Source: an uncultured virus (IMG/VR IMGVR_UViG_3300023109_000020)
Taxonomy: Duplodnaviria; Heunggongvirae; Uroviricota; Caudoviricetes
Direction: 5' to 3' (one strand)
DNA length: 64,000 nt
Virus record (IMG/VR): IMGVR_UViG_3300023109_000020
The position numbers were made by a program, and so were the translations under genes. Position 1 is the stretch's first letter. Every line of letters begins with the position of its first letter. Positions 51,075 through 59,849 of the stretch are shown piece by piece. The notes under the pieces are model-generated. The model saw only the letters and a program-made list of their open reading frames with translations, had not been told where the DNA came from and made no database searches.

Positions 51075-51104
51075 TATTTATCGTTTATAGAAAAAAGGGG
51101 TTAC

Positions 51105-54100
51105 TTACCCAAAGATTAGAGTGTATTCTAAGATGAGATCGTCCATCTCTGCTTGGTTAATAGTTGCTGTCGATCCAGCTGCTGTTGTAAATGTACTACC
51201 ATCCCAAACTTCAAGAACTACTTCGTCTGTGTTCCATCGTGCAGTGCCAACTTCCGGAGCAACTGGCTGATCTGCTGTAGAACCACTTGGAATTTTTACA
51301 GCAGGACCAATAAATTTTGTATTACCATATTGCGTATTCCTAATAATTAAGGCGCCGTTGCTATTGTTTATTATTGTATTTCCTGCAATTTCAATGTCGT
51401 CTATTACTAAATTGCCATTGCCGTTAGTTCGTAGATCTATGTCTGAGTTTAAAGTAGTAGCTAGAATATTATTAGTTTGTATTTTTATATCGTCAACTTC
51501 TAGACCGTGGATGCTAAGACCTAGATTATTAACTTCGCCTGTAATAATATTGGTATTTGTAAATTCAATCGAATCACTGTTTGCTAAAACATTTGTGCGT
51601 CTGTTACTTGAATAAACACCATTAAAGGAGACAATGTTACTGTTATCGTTGTAGCCTTCAAAAACGTTGCTAGTTGTATTAAAGCGTATACTGTTATTAA
51701 CTACTTGTCTTTGGGCAGTGTCGCCTACTGGAATTTTAACTGCGTTAGACGAATCTATGTTTACTAAACTATTAGAAGCAATATTAATATCTGCTATGCT
51801 AGTACTAATAGAATTGCTATTAACTAATATATTTTGTAATTCTATATTACTGTTATCTATAGTTCTTAATTCTAAGTTTGAGTTAGAATCTGTTGTGGTT
51901 ATTACATTATCAAAAATTGTAATATTAGAACTTAACTCAAAGTCTTCAAAACTAAAATTATTATTAATATTAATGTTAGGTGCAATAATATCGCTAACGT
52001 TTAAGTTTGTATCAACTTGAACATTATTACCAGGAACTTCAATTGCTCCTGCACCTTGTGCCGATAGTTCTAAATTAGCATTACTGTCTTGCGATTCAAT
52101 AATATTTCTATCAATTAATATGTCATCTAACTGCAAATCATCTTGAATATTCGAAGTACTAACTGTAACGTTACCTGTAACACTTATGTTACCTAGTTGT
52201 GTTCTATTACCAGTTTGTGTAATATTGCCTACAATAGTTGTGTCGTCAATGTCAGTTATTCTACTTACTGTTAAGTTGTTATCAACTGTAACGTTCGCAC
52301 TAGGAACATACACCAGGTTGTCTTCAAAAGCACGTAATTCTAAATTTGCATTTGATATTATTGTAGAGATAAAGTTGTCATCTAAGGTTGTAGTATTAGA
52401 TGTTGTAAAGTTAGTTGATGAAATGGCAGCATTGCTTGGTGCAACAATAGTGTCTGCAAATAACGTATCCGATACTAACAAGTTGTTTGCAATATTTACA
52501 GTCGGATTTGAAAAGACAACATTACCTGTTCCGGCTGCCCTTAGTTCTAGATTCGGATTAAAATAGTCGCCGTCAAAAATAATGTTATTAAAATATCCAG
52601 GAGTTGCATTCTCTAATATTATCATTTCTTCTAATATTGATGCAATTTTAATATCAATTCCTGCATTACCAGAAGTGCCATTTGCAATGTATTGAAGATA
52701 TGCAAGGTAATCACTAGTAGTAACCGAACCGTTGTTGTTAATGTCTGCATAATCATTGTCTACTAAAAAGTTAATTAAATTCTTTTCTGTTTGACTTGCA
52801 TAATCGTCAGCTGTAGATCCTGCTGCAATTGCTTGAACAATTGCAGGAATACTATTAGGATCGTTTGGCTCTCTTGCAGTTCTTAATCCTTCACCAGTAT
52901 TTTGAATTATATTTTCGTTAATATTAATGTTACTTTTTGTAAACTCGTTGCTTACAGTTAAGTTACCAATAGCATTAATATTACCAGTTTGAGTAATATT
53001 ACCAGTTTGTACAGTATTACCAGTTTGTGTGTTTGTTCCGGTTATATTAACTTCAACCGGCGTAAATTCTGTAACAAGCCCAATGTCTTCAAACATACTA
53101 ACATTGTCCCATTCAACAATGTTATCAACTGAACGGAAAATAATATCAATTTCTGTACTTTGTGGTACAAAACTATAAGTTAAAAGTTGATCTGCTGTTA
53201 AGCCACTTGTTTCGTTCCATTCTTGAAGTGTACCTACTCCTGATTCAAATATTCTTAAATAAAATGGATTTCCATTTGATACACTTCTAAACTGTGCTTC
53301 AAAGTCATATGCTTTGCCTGCAACAACAGTAATTTCTTGTGATACGTTTCTTGCAGCTCCTGTAGAGTTAATTTGTAAATTACCGTTTACATCATTAGCA
53401 CTACCGCCACCTGCTTGAGCCCATCCATTAACGTTTGTATCAAAAGTTCCGTTAACAACTAATTCAGGACCATATTCATATGTTGTAGTTCCGTTTTGTA
53501 AAAATGTTTTTTTATTAACAGTTAAATTTTGATTCAGTAATGTACTGTCTTCTACGTTAACATTGCCTGTGCCGCTTGCACGTAATTCTAAATCTGTATT
53601 GCTATTATTTGTAGAAATATAGTTGCCAACAATATCAAAATCACCAACGTCAGCACTTACAAATTCTGTTTGTAGAGTAATATTAACATTGTTATTGTTA
53701 AAAATATTATCTGCACTTAGATTGTTATTAACTTGTACATTTTCAGTTGGAACTAAAATTCTGCCAGTTCCGTTTGCAATAAGTTCTAAATCTGTGTTAG
53801 ATGTAGTTGTAGTAATAAAATTACCATCAAACAAAATTTCCTCAAACTGTGCTTGACTACTAATGTCAATGTTGCCGTCGATATTATAATTAGCGAGAGT
53901 ATAGTCACCTGTCTGAACTCTATTGCTAGTATGTGTTAGTGTTCCAGTAATTATAGTATCTTGTAAATCTGTTAGAGTACTAACTGTTAAATTATTGTCT
54001 ATTTGAATACTATCTGATATTAATACTTCACCTGTGCCGCTTGCACGTAATTCTAAATCTGCATTTGAATCAGTTGTATGAATGAAATTGTCTTCAATTT

Positions 54101-56321
54101 CTATAGTGCCATTTGAAATCTCACCAAAAATACTATAATTACCAGTTTGTGTTCTGTCGCCTACATAATTAATTGTACCTGACAAATCAGTACCTTGTAT
54201 GTTAATTGTGCCGTCGACTGTTAGATTGTTATCAATTTGTAAATTATTGTTTGGAACATATATTCTGTTTGTTGAACGCAAATCTAAGTTTGCATTTGAA
54301 ATATCAGTAGTAATATAATTTTCGTCAATTATAATGTCATCAATTTCTGCACGATCTAGATTAACATTTAGCCAGGGACGTACTGCTTCACCTAAACTAT
54401 GTGTTAGTGTAACGTGTGGCTTAAAGTCTTGTTCTAAGTCTACATTAAAAGTAAGTGTATCGGAATCGGTGTTTCTGCCTGGCTGATTCCCTGCAACTGT
54501 TAGTGTGCCTCCGAAACTAAAATCGTCTCGTATATCCAAGTTACCAAATACATTAGTGCCACTAGTAATATTAATAGTATTAGTAGCACCTTCAAGATTT
54601 AGATCTCCTACAGGTGTGCTAATATTATTACCTGTAATAATAATATTTCCAGTTTGTATATTAGATCCTGCTATTACAGTAGTGCCGCCTGGGCTAGTAA
54701 TATTTAAACCACTTAAACTGTCAATGTCGGCAGTATCAATACTAATACTAGAATTTCCTGTTTCTAGATCTACAAAGAAATTATCGCCTACTCTAAAGTT
54801 ACCTTTTTGGTCTGTACTTACAAAGTGTATTTGGCCTGAATTAAGTTCAACAACTTCATTTGCTTGTATTACATCAGCTTCATTATTATCGTTTTTGTTT
54901 CCTGCACCAATATATCCAAAGTTATGTTGTATTAGATACATTAATGTATCAGCACCGTCTGCTACAGCGCCGTAGTTACCGTATACGTTAGCTGAACCAA
55001 TTGAGCGCAGTTCTGCACCTCCGCCTGTGCCTGCAAAAGCATACAATCCTCTATTAGCATAATATGTAAACGAGTTGAGCCATTCTACTCTAACATTGTT
55101 TGTCATATTAATTACATCAGCACCAGGTGATATAAATGTACAACTATGGAACAACATTGTTTTATTAACTGTTGCTGCGTTTAGCTCGTCGCCGTCGATC
55201 CAGGCACCGCGTCCTGCATCTCCTGTTCCGAGTGCAGTTTCTTGTGTTAAAACAGTTACATTTTGAATATATGGCGAGCGTTCGCTCATTACAGCGTTAG
55301 GTGCAAAGCGGAAAGCGTAACCTGTATTGTTTACACTATCATAGTAGTGATTCTTAATTGTTAAGTTTGCAATAGTAGTTTTATCGTTTAGGTGAAAAAC
55401 GTCTGCACTTTGACTACTTGTATCTGGTGTAATTACTGTGTTACGAATGTCTTGTCCTATAACACTAACATTAGCAGGAACAACTAATGGCAGTGCTTCT
55501 TGATATTCGCCAGCTGCAACTAAAATTGTAAAAGGTTGTTCACCACTTGCATCTGCACGTGAAAGTGCTTCAGAAATAGTTGCTAACGGATCAAGGATGT
55601 GATCGCCGCTGTTTGCGTCATTACCTTCTTGGGCAACGTAAATTATGCCGCCGTGGCGTGTAAGTAAATCTACTCCGTTTAGTGTATATCCGTCTACTTC
55701 AGCTGCACGACCATTTAGAAGATTAGTATAAAGTGTTTCCCAGCGTTTACTTTCAGATCCTAAATCATACGTATTATTTGAGTCAGGAATAATATCACTA
55801 CTAATATCGCTTTCAAATGTTACGTTATCAGTATCAGCATCACCTAATGTAATAGTACCGTCAAATGTAATATTTCCCGGAGTGTACATGTCTCCGAAAA
55901 CATTTAGATCTTTTAGTACTTCAGTAGTACCAGTTCCATTAGGAGTTATGTCAATGTCTGCATTTGATTCTATTGTACTAACAATATTATCATTAATACG
56001 AATAGTTCCATTTTCTAATGTAGTAAATACAATAGCTGTTGCAGCATTTAGATTCAAATTACCAATCGTACTTAATGTCGAATCAGTAACAGTGTAACCT
56101 GCAATATTAGAAAAGTCCGATATTAAGTTTGTAGTTTGAATAGTGCCTAATACGTCTAGTTCTGCTGATGGTGCATTGTGATTAATAGCAATTTTGCCGT
56201 TAATTACGTCTAAATATATTAGTTGTGAAGTGTTTAAGTCATTACGAAATGCTAAATCTATACCATTACGTTCTAGATTAGCTTGTAATAAAGGACCGGA
56301 TATTCTACCTACTTGTGCCAC
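51105..56321 (-). CDS. Long tail fibre-like protein (1738 aa), paralogue of the 1573 aa protein
   Basis: GTG start with GAGGAG RBS; shared N-terminus VGRISGPLL..NL.RNGIDLAF and the same repeats. Confidence 0.8.
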   Translation of the reverse strand: MAQVGRISGPLLQANLERNGIDLAFRNDLNTSQLIYLDVINGKIAINHNAPSAELDVLGTIQTTNLISDFSNIAGYTVTDSTLSTIGNLNLNAATAIVFTTLENGTIRINDNIVSTIESNADIDITPNGTGTTEVLKDLNVFGDMYTPGNITFDGTITLGDADTDNVTFESDISSDIIPDSNNTYDLGSESKRWETLYTNLLNGRAAEVDGYTLNGVDLLTRHGGIIYVAQEGNDANSGDHILDPLATISEALSRADASGEQPFTILVAAGEYQEALPLVVPANVSVIGQDIRNTVITPDTSSQSADVFHLNDKTTIANLTIKNHYYDSVNNTGYAFRFAPNAVMSERSPYIQNVTVLTQETALGTGDAGRGAWIDGDELNAATVNKTMLFHSCTFISPGADVINMTNNVRVEWLNSFTYYANRGLYAFAGTGGGAELRSIGSANVYGNYGAVADGADTLMYLIQHNFGYIGAGNKNDNNEADVIQANEVVELNSGQIHFVSTDQKGNFRVGDNFFVDLETGNSSISIDTADIDSLSGLNITSPGGTTVIAGSNIQTGNIIITGNNISTPVGDLNLEGATNTINITSGTNVFGNLDIRDDFSFGGTLTVAGNQPGRNTDSDTLTFNVDLEQDFKPHVTLTHSLGEAVRPWLNVNLDRAEIDDIIIDENYITTDISNANLDLRSTNRIYVPNNNLQIDNNLTVDGTINIQGTDLSGTINYVGDRTQTGNYSIFGEISNGTIEIEDNFIHTTDSNADLELRASGTGEVLISDSIQIDNNLTVSTLTDLQDTIITGTLTHTSNRVQTGDYTLANYNIDGNIDISSQAQFEEILFDGNFITTTTSNTDLELIANGTGRILVPTENVQVNNNLSADNIFNNNNVNITLQTEFVSADVGDFDIVGNYISTNNSNTDLELRASGTGNVNVEDSTLLNQNLTVNKKTFLQNGTTTYEYGPELVVNGTFDTNVNGWAQAGGGSANDVNGNLQINSTGAARNVSQEITVVAGKAYDFEAQFRSVSNGNPFYLRIFESGVGTLQEWNETSGLTADQLLTYSFVPQSTEIDIIFRSVDNIVEWDNVSMFEDIGLVTEFTPVEVNITGTNTQTGNTVQTGNITQTGNINAIGNLTVSNEFTKSNININENIIQNTGEGLRTAREPNDPNSIPAIVQAIAAGSTADDYASQTEKNLINFLVDNDYADINNNGSVTTSDYLAYLQYIANGTSGNAGIDIKIASILEEMIILENATPGYFNNIIFDGDYFNPNLELRAAGTGNVVFSNPTVNIANNLLVSDTLFADTIVAPSNAAISSTNFTTSNTTTLDDNFISTIISNANLELRAFEDNLVYVPSANVTVDNNLTVSRITDIDDTTIVGNITQTGNRTQLGNISVTGNVTVSTSNIQDDLQLDDILIDRNIIESQDSNANLELSAQGAGAIEVPGNNVQVDTNLNVSDIIAPNININNNFSFEDFELSSNITIFDNVITTTDSNSNLELRTIDNSNIELQNILVNSNSISTSIADINIASNSLVNIDSSNAVKIPVGDTAQRQVVNNSIRFNTTSNVFEGYNDNSNIVSFNGVYSSNRRTNVLANSDSIEFTNTNIITGEVNNLGLSIHGLEVDDIKIQTNNILATTLNSDIDLRTNGNGNLVIDDIEIAGNTIINNSNGALIIRNTQYGNTKFIGPAVKIPSGSTADQPVAPEVGTARWNTDEVVLEVWDGSTFTTAAGSTATINQAEMDDLILEYTLIFG

Positions 56322-56351
56322 TTATATTCTCCTCGACACAGTATTTATCGG

Positions 56352-56882
56352 TTATTTGTCGAAGTTGTGTAGTACCGTAATAGGCTTTGCTAAGTCAGGT
56401 GCTGATGTAAATTGTAAATAGTAACCAAGTGCGTACGGAGCATTATCGCCAACAGTTGGATTTTGTACTAGAGTATAGTTATTGTTGGCCACTTGAAAGA
56501 CGTTTTCGACAAATACTAAAATGTTTTGTGCTGCTGCTGGAGCAGTGTAAGTAGTATTTGGGTCTTGGCTATTTAGCGGACCAAACAATACTTCGCTTGC
56601 ATCACCGTTACCTAAGTTTTGTTGCACAATACCCGGATCATTGTTTGGTTCTTTGTAGCGCACACTGCGCCATTCTGACTCTGAATAAACTTGTATTTCG
56701 TTTAAGTCTGTATTGTATCTCATATGCCCAGACACCGGAGATGAAACAAACTCGTCAGTAGTGCCTTTGGGCACAAGCATAACATTAGTAGTATCCATTA
56801 CAACTTGACCGTTTACATCATACTTAACACCTTTACCATAAATGTTTCGTAAATTTGTATTTTGCGCTTTTAATAATCTCAT
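56352..56882 (-). CDS. Virion structural protein
   Basis: VPKGTT...P..G.MRYNTD module shared with the fibres; ILVFVENVFQ...Y..FTSAP module. Confidence 0.6.
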   Translation of the reverse strand: MRLLKAQNTNLRNIYGKGVKYDVNGQVVMDTTNVMLVPKGTTDEFVSSPVSGHMRYNTDLNEIQVYSESEWRSVRYKEPNNDPGIVQQNLGNGDASEVLFGPLNSQDPNTTYTAPAAAQNILVFVENVFQVANNNYTLVQNPTVGDNAPYALGYYLQFTSAPDLAKPITVLHNFDK

Positions 56883-57229
56883 TACACTTCCAAGTAGCTT
56901 ACTGATACTGCTAAATTTGCTGCATTTGTGGCATCACCGACAAAACTTAATTTTTCGCCTTGTGATAAAATGATTTTTTCTGAATCAAATGTAAATGTTT
57001 CCCCAGCGGGTAACTCTAATTCTCTAACAACACAAGTAACAGCATTGTCTAAACTTTGGTTATCTTTTAAAAAGTGCATGTCAAAGTTTGCAGTCTCATT
57101 TATTGGAGTGGATCCGCTTGGTGAATATGTGTTACATACCATTATACTTGTAATTGCATAACTTTTTCCTGTAGGAACTACAAGAATATCCTGCTGTGTG
57201 TTAGTTAGTGTTGCGTTTTCTATAGCCAT
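56882..57229 (-). CDS. Small beta-rich virion protein (partner paralogue C)
   Basis: 115 aa; VPTGKSYAITSIMVCN and LPAGETF...EKIIL motifs. Confidence 0.6.
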   Translation of the reverse strand: MAIENATLTNTQQDILVVPTGKSYAITSIMVCNTYSPSGSTPINETANFDMHFLKDNQSLDNAVTCVVRELELPAGETFTFDSEKIILSQGEKLSFVGDATNAANLAVSVSYLEV

Positions 57230-57238
57230 CTTATTTCC

Positions 57239-58537
57239 TTAAAAAATTATACTGTACAGCAAAGCTCTATTCTTACTTATAATTTCATCTTGGTAGTCAT
57301 TTTCATTTACGAAGTAAAGTCCTGTTTTGCCCGACCCTTGTGTTTTAGAATAAATCTTAATACCGTCAGTTGGCGCATTGGGGTCTACTAAAATGTCATC
57401 ATCTCCAGGAGTTTTAGTAAGTTCTAGTGTGTCTTTAATTTTTACACTACCTGATCCGTTAGCATTTAATATCAAATCATCATTACTTGATGCTGTAAAT
57501 ATTTCAGTTCCTTGAAATTCTATATCTGCAAGATTTACTCTATTATTATAAAAGTTTGCAATGTTAGAACTTTCTACAATTACATTAATGCCTGATTCAG
57601 ATGATATAGTTCTACCACTGTTTGTAATATAAAATGATTTGTTGCCACCAAGTGTGTTTGCGTTTATTTCTATTGAATTACTTGACGGAATACCAGTAAC
57701 GGTCCAAGAAGATAATCCTACATTATTTAAAGATTGTATTATAGCATCATTTGGAACAGATTGTATTCCGTTAATTACAATAGTATCATTAATTGCATAG
57801 CCGTGACTGTTTTGGGTTGATATAATAGTTCTAGAACCTACTTCAAGTATAGAAGCAATAGTGTTATTTTTGTCAATAATTTCAATTGAAGAATTGTCTT
57901 CTTCAATTTTATCAATTGAAATAGTTTCAACTGTAAAATCTACTAAGTCTTTTACAGCTTTTGCATTTGGAATATAGTCGTCATCTTGTGTGATTTGGTT
58001 AGTAATCGGATCTGGAGTAATTGCGCCGTCTACATAATTCCAAATTTTATTTTCGTAGTTATTTGTGCCTGATACTGTAATAACACCGTCATTAGTATCA
58101 ATATACAAATCAGCGTCAGATATAATACCAAATGTTTTTATTGGTAGTTGTTGTTCGCTGCCGATATCACCTTGTGTTCCTATCCAAGCGCCTCTACCAG
58201 TTACTCCTAAGTCCCAAGTAATATTATCGTCATAAATCCAACGCGAATTTCCTAACGATCCTCTTTCAATTTCGATACCAGCACTATACGGTCTATCTAA
58301 TCCAGTTGCAGGGAGTCCAGCGGTAGTAGTTCCCGACGCTAATACAATCATACCATCTTCTATTGTTGTAATAGTTGATTCAATTGTAGTTGTGCCGCCA
58401 TTAACTTCTAAGTCACCGGTAATAACAACTCTTCCGCTGTCGTCCCCTGTGGCATTAGTAGTGTCTAATGTTATTGTACCGTTTTGACCCGTTATAATTC
58501 GATAGTCGGAGTCAGTTGTTCTAATTATCTTAGACAT
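57239..58537 (-). CDS. Virion structural/fibre-like protein
   Basis: ITGDLEVNGGTTTIES, AGIEIERG and SNDDLILNANGSG motifs related to the fibre repeats. Confidence 0.6.
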   Translation of the reverse strand: MSKIIRTTDSDYRIITGQNGTITLDTTNATGDDSGRVVITGDLEVNGGTTTIESTITTIEDGMIVLASGTTTAGLPATGLDRPYSAGIEIERGSLGNSRWIYDDNITWDLGVTGRGAWIGTQGDIGSEQQLPIKTFGIISDADLYIDTNDGVITVSGTNNYENKIWNYVDGAITPDPITNQITQDDDYIPNAKAVKDLVDFTVETISIDKIEEDNSSIEIIDKNNTIASILEVGSRTIISTQNSHGYAINDTIVINGIQSVPNDAIIQSLNNVGLSSWTVTGIPSSNSIEINANTLGGNKSFYITNSGRTISSESGINVIVESSNIANFYNNRVNLADIEFQGTEIFTASSNDDLILNANGSGSVKIKDTLELTKTPGDDDILVDPNAPTDGIKIYSKTQGSGKTGLYFVNENDYQDEIISKNRALLYSIIF

Positions 58538-58540
58538 GTG

Positions 58541-58906
58541 TTATGTTGTCTCCGTTAACAATAAGATACTAGATGTTGAATCATTATCAACTTCGTATGT
58601 ATATACGTTGTTTTTAAAATCTGTTATCAATCCTTGTGCTATTTGAGAGATAAAAATAAATGTTGTACTTTTTAAAACATATCCCATAATAGACATTTCA
58701 TTGTTGTTTAACTCATTTACTTGTTTATTAACAAGTGTACAAACACCTTCATTGCCATGATCATCTTTGACTTTAAAAGTTTTTTCAGATAGTTGCGCCA
58801 AGACAACCCCGTAAAGAGTTGCCTTAGCGTTTCCTATTTTAACTGAAACTACTAAGTCCTTTAATGACTGTAATAAATCGTAAAAGATGTTAATAGGACG
58901 TTCCAT
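58541..58906 (-). CDS. Hypothetical protein, diverged paralogue of 58918-59382
   Basis: MERPIN vs MGRPLN; G....Q...K.F; CTL; EMSI vs EMAI. Confidence 0.55.
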   Translation of the reverse strand: MERPINIFYDLLQSLKDLVVSVKIGNAKATLYGVVLAQLSEKTFKVKDDHGNEGVCTLVNKQVNELNNNEMSIMGYVLKSTTFIFISQIAQGLITDFKNNVYTYEVDNDSTSSILLLTETT

Positions 58907-58917
58907 TAAATTAGTCC

Positions 58918-59382
58918 TTATGCGTCTTCTGTGAAGTCGTCGTCATCGGTTCCAACTAGCACGTTGTTGATACCAGCTTCTTCAACTTGTGCTGCGCCAT
59001 CTACTAGTGATGTTGCAAAGTTCCATGGAACACTCTTGCCATCATAAGCATTACTGCCTGTTGCACTTGGTGCTGACAAAGTAACTTTACGACCAGCAAT
59101 TTTACTTACTGTGTATGTTTCTTCGTCGTCCATTTTGAATGAAATAGCCATTTCACCTGCCGCTAATGCCGCTGGTAGTTTACCAGTTGTTAGCGTACAA
59201 GTAAATTGCCCTGGCGTTCCAATTTCTTCACATACAAATTTCTTTGATGCTACTTGCTTTATGATATAACCTTCTTTAACTGCTGTGCCGTTATGAAAGT
59301 TTACTTTGATTTCGTCTCCAGTTGCAGCACCAGGGCCTACGTTTGGTACAGCGAATAATCTTTTGTTTAGTGGTCTTCCCAT
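58918..59382 (-). CDS. Putative capsid decoration / abundant virion protein
   Basis: First gene after the major capsid gene, with its own late promoter and an AGGAG RBS. Confidence 0.5.
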   Translation of the reverse strand: MGRPLNKRLFAVPNVGPGAATGDEIKVNFHNGTAVKEGYIIKQVASKKFVCEEIGTPGQFTCTLTTGKLPAALAAGEMAISFKMDDEETYTVSKIAGRKVTLSAPSATGSNAYDGKSVPWNFATSLVDGAAQVEEAGINNVLVGTDDDDFTEDA

Positions 59383-59478
59383 TTGTTTTCTCCTATAAAA
59401 AGTAGTCCTATGCCCGTTCTATGGGCTACGCTGTGGGTACAGCATAAGTCCGCCTTGCGGCACACTATCTGACATATG
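59383..59478 (-). ncRNA. Structured 5' leader (multi-stem junction)
   Basis: GCC-GCAA-GGC, ATGCTGT-ACCC-ACAGCGT and GCCC-ATAGAAC-GGGC hairpins closed by TAGT/ACTA, downstream of GATAAATA (59479-59486). Confidence 0.6.
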
Positions 59479-59493
59479 TATTTATCTAAAGAG

Positions 59494-59528
59494 AAAAAAG
59501 GCCTACCGCTTCAGTGGGTAGACCTTTT
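59494..59528 (-). terminator. Intrinsic terminator of the ncRNA unit
   Basis: Minus strand AAAAGGTCTACCCAC-TGAA-GCGGTAGGCCTTTTTT, an imperfect hairpin plus U tract. Confidence 0.8.
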
Positions 59529-59740
59529 AATAATAAAGTGATAGGTTGGACTTTGAGAATACCAACAACCTCCTAGTAGCTCTCGCTAAATTCGGAGGAG
59601 CCTAGCATCGGATAGTTACTTCCAAAAACATATCTTTGTATCTCTACAATCATATGTTGCCACTACAGCTACTAGCCAAGTTGTGTCACTACGCAACACC
59701 GTTCCTTGCACTATCTAATCTAAACCGTCGTTTAGCTTAT
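59494..59740 (-). ncRNA. Stand-alone structured ncRNA (~250 nt), possibly manA-motif-like
   Basis: Own sigma70 promoter and terminator, no minus-strand ORF in the track, several hairpins with GAGA tetraloops and long-range complementarity. Confidence 0.65.
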
Positions 59741-59746
59741 ATATAC

Positions 59747-59774
59747 ATAATAGCATCTATATACAAGATGTCAA
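59747..59774 (-). promoter_or_regulatory. Sigma70-type promoter for the ncRNA
   Basis: Minus strand TTGACA-16 bp-TATTAT with extended -10 TG and an upstream A/T tract. Confidence 0.75.
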
Positions 59775-59796
59775 CCACTTTTTTTAAAAAAGTCAT

Positions 59797-59824
59797 AAAA
59801 AAACAGGGCCCAAAGGCCCTGTTT
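59797..59824 (-). terminator. Intrinsic terminator after the major capsid gene
   Basis: AAACAGGGCC-CAAA-GGCCCTGTTT perfect hairpin, followed by a U tract on the minus strand. Confidence 0.9.
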
Positions 59825-59849
59825 AATACTTTTACTATCTAAGTAAAAC

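Noticed and set aside
46900..54320. Recurring gcacgtaattctaa-like motif resembling a CRISPR array
   Set aside because: It encodes the LELRA protein repeat; copies are degenerate at third positions and irregularly spaced
59383..59740. tRNA, tmRNA or self-cleaving ribozyme in the long intergenic region
   Set aside because: No TTCGA T-loop/cloverleaf/CCA end, tag reading frame or hammerhead core could be identified by eye
59636..59842. 68 aa plus-strand ORF
   Set aside because: Runs across a promoter and terminator of the opposite strand, has no RBS, and the region is better explained as an ncRNA unit
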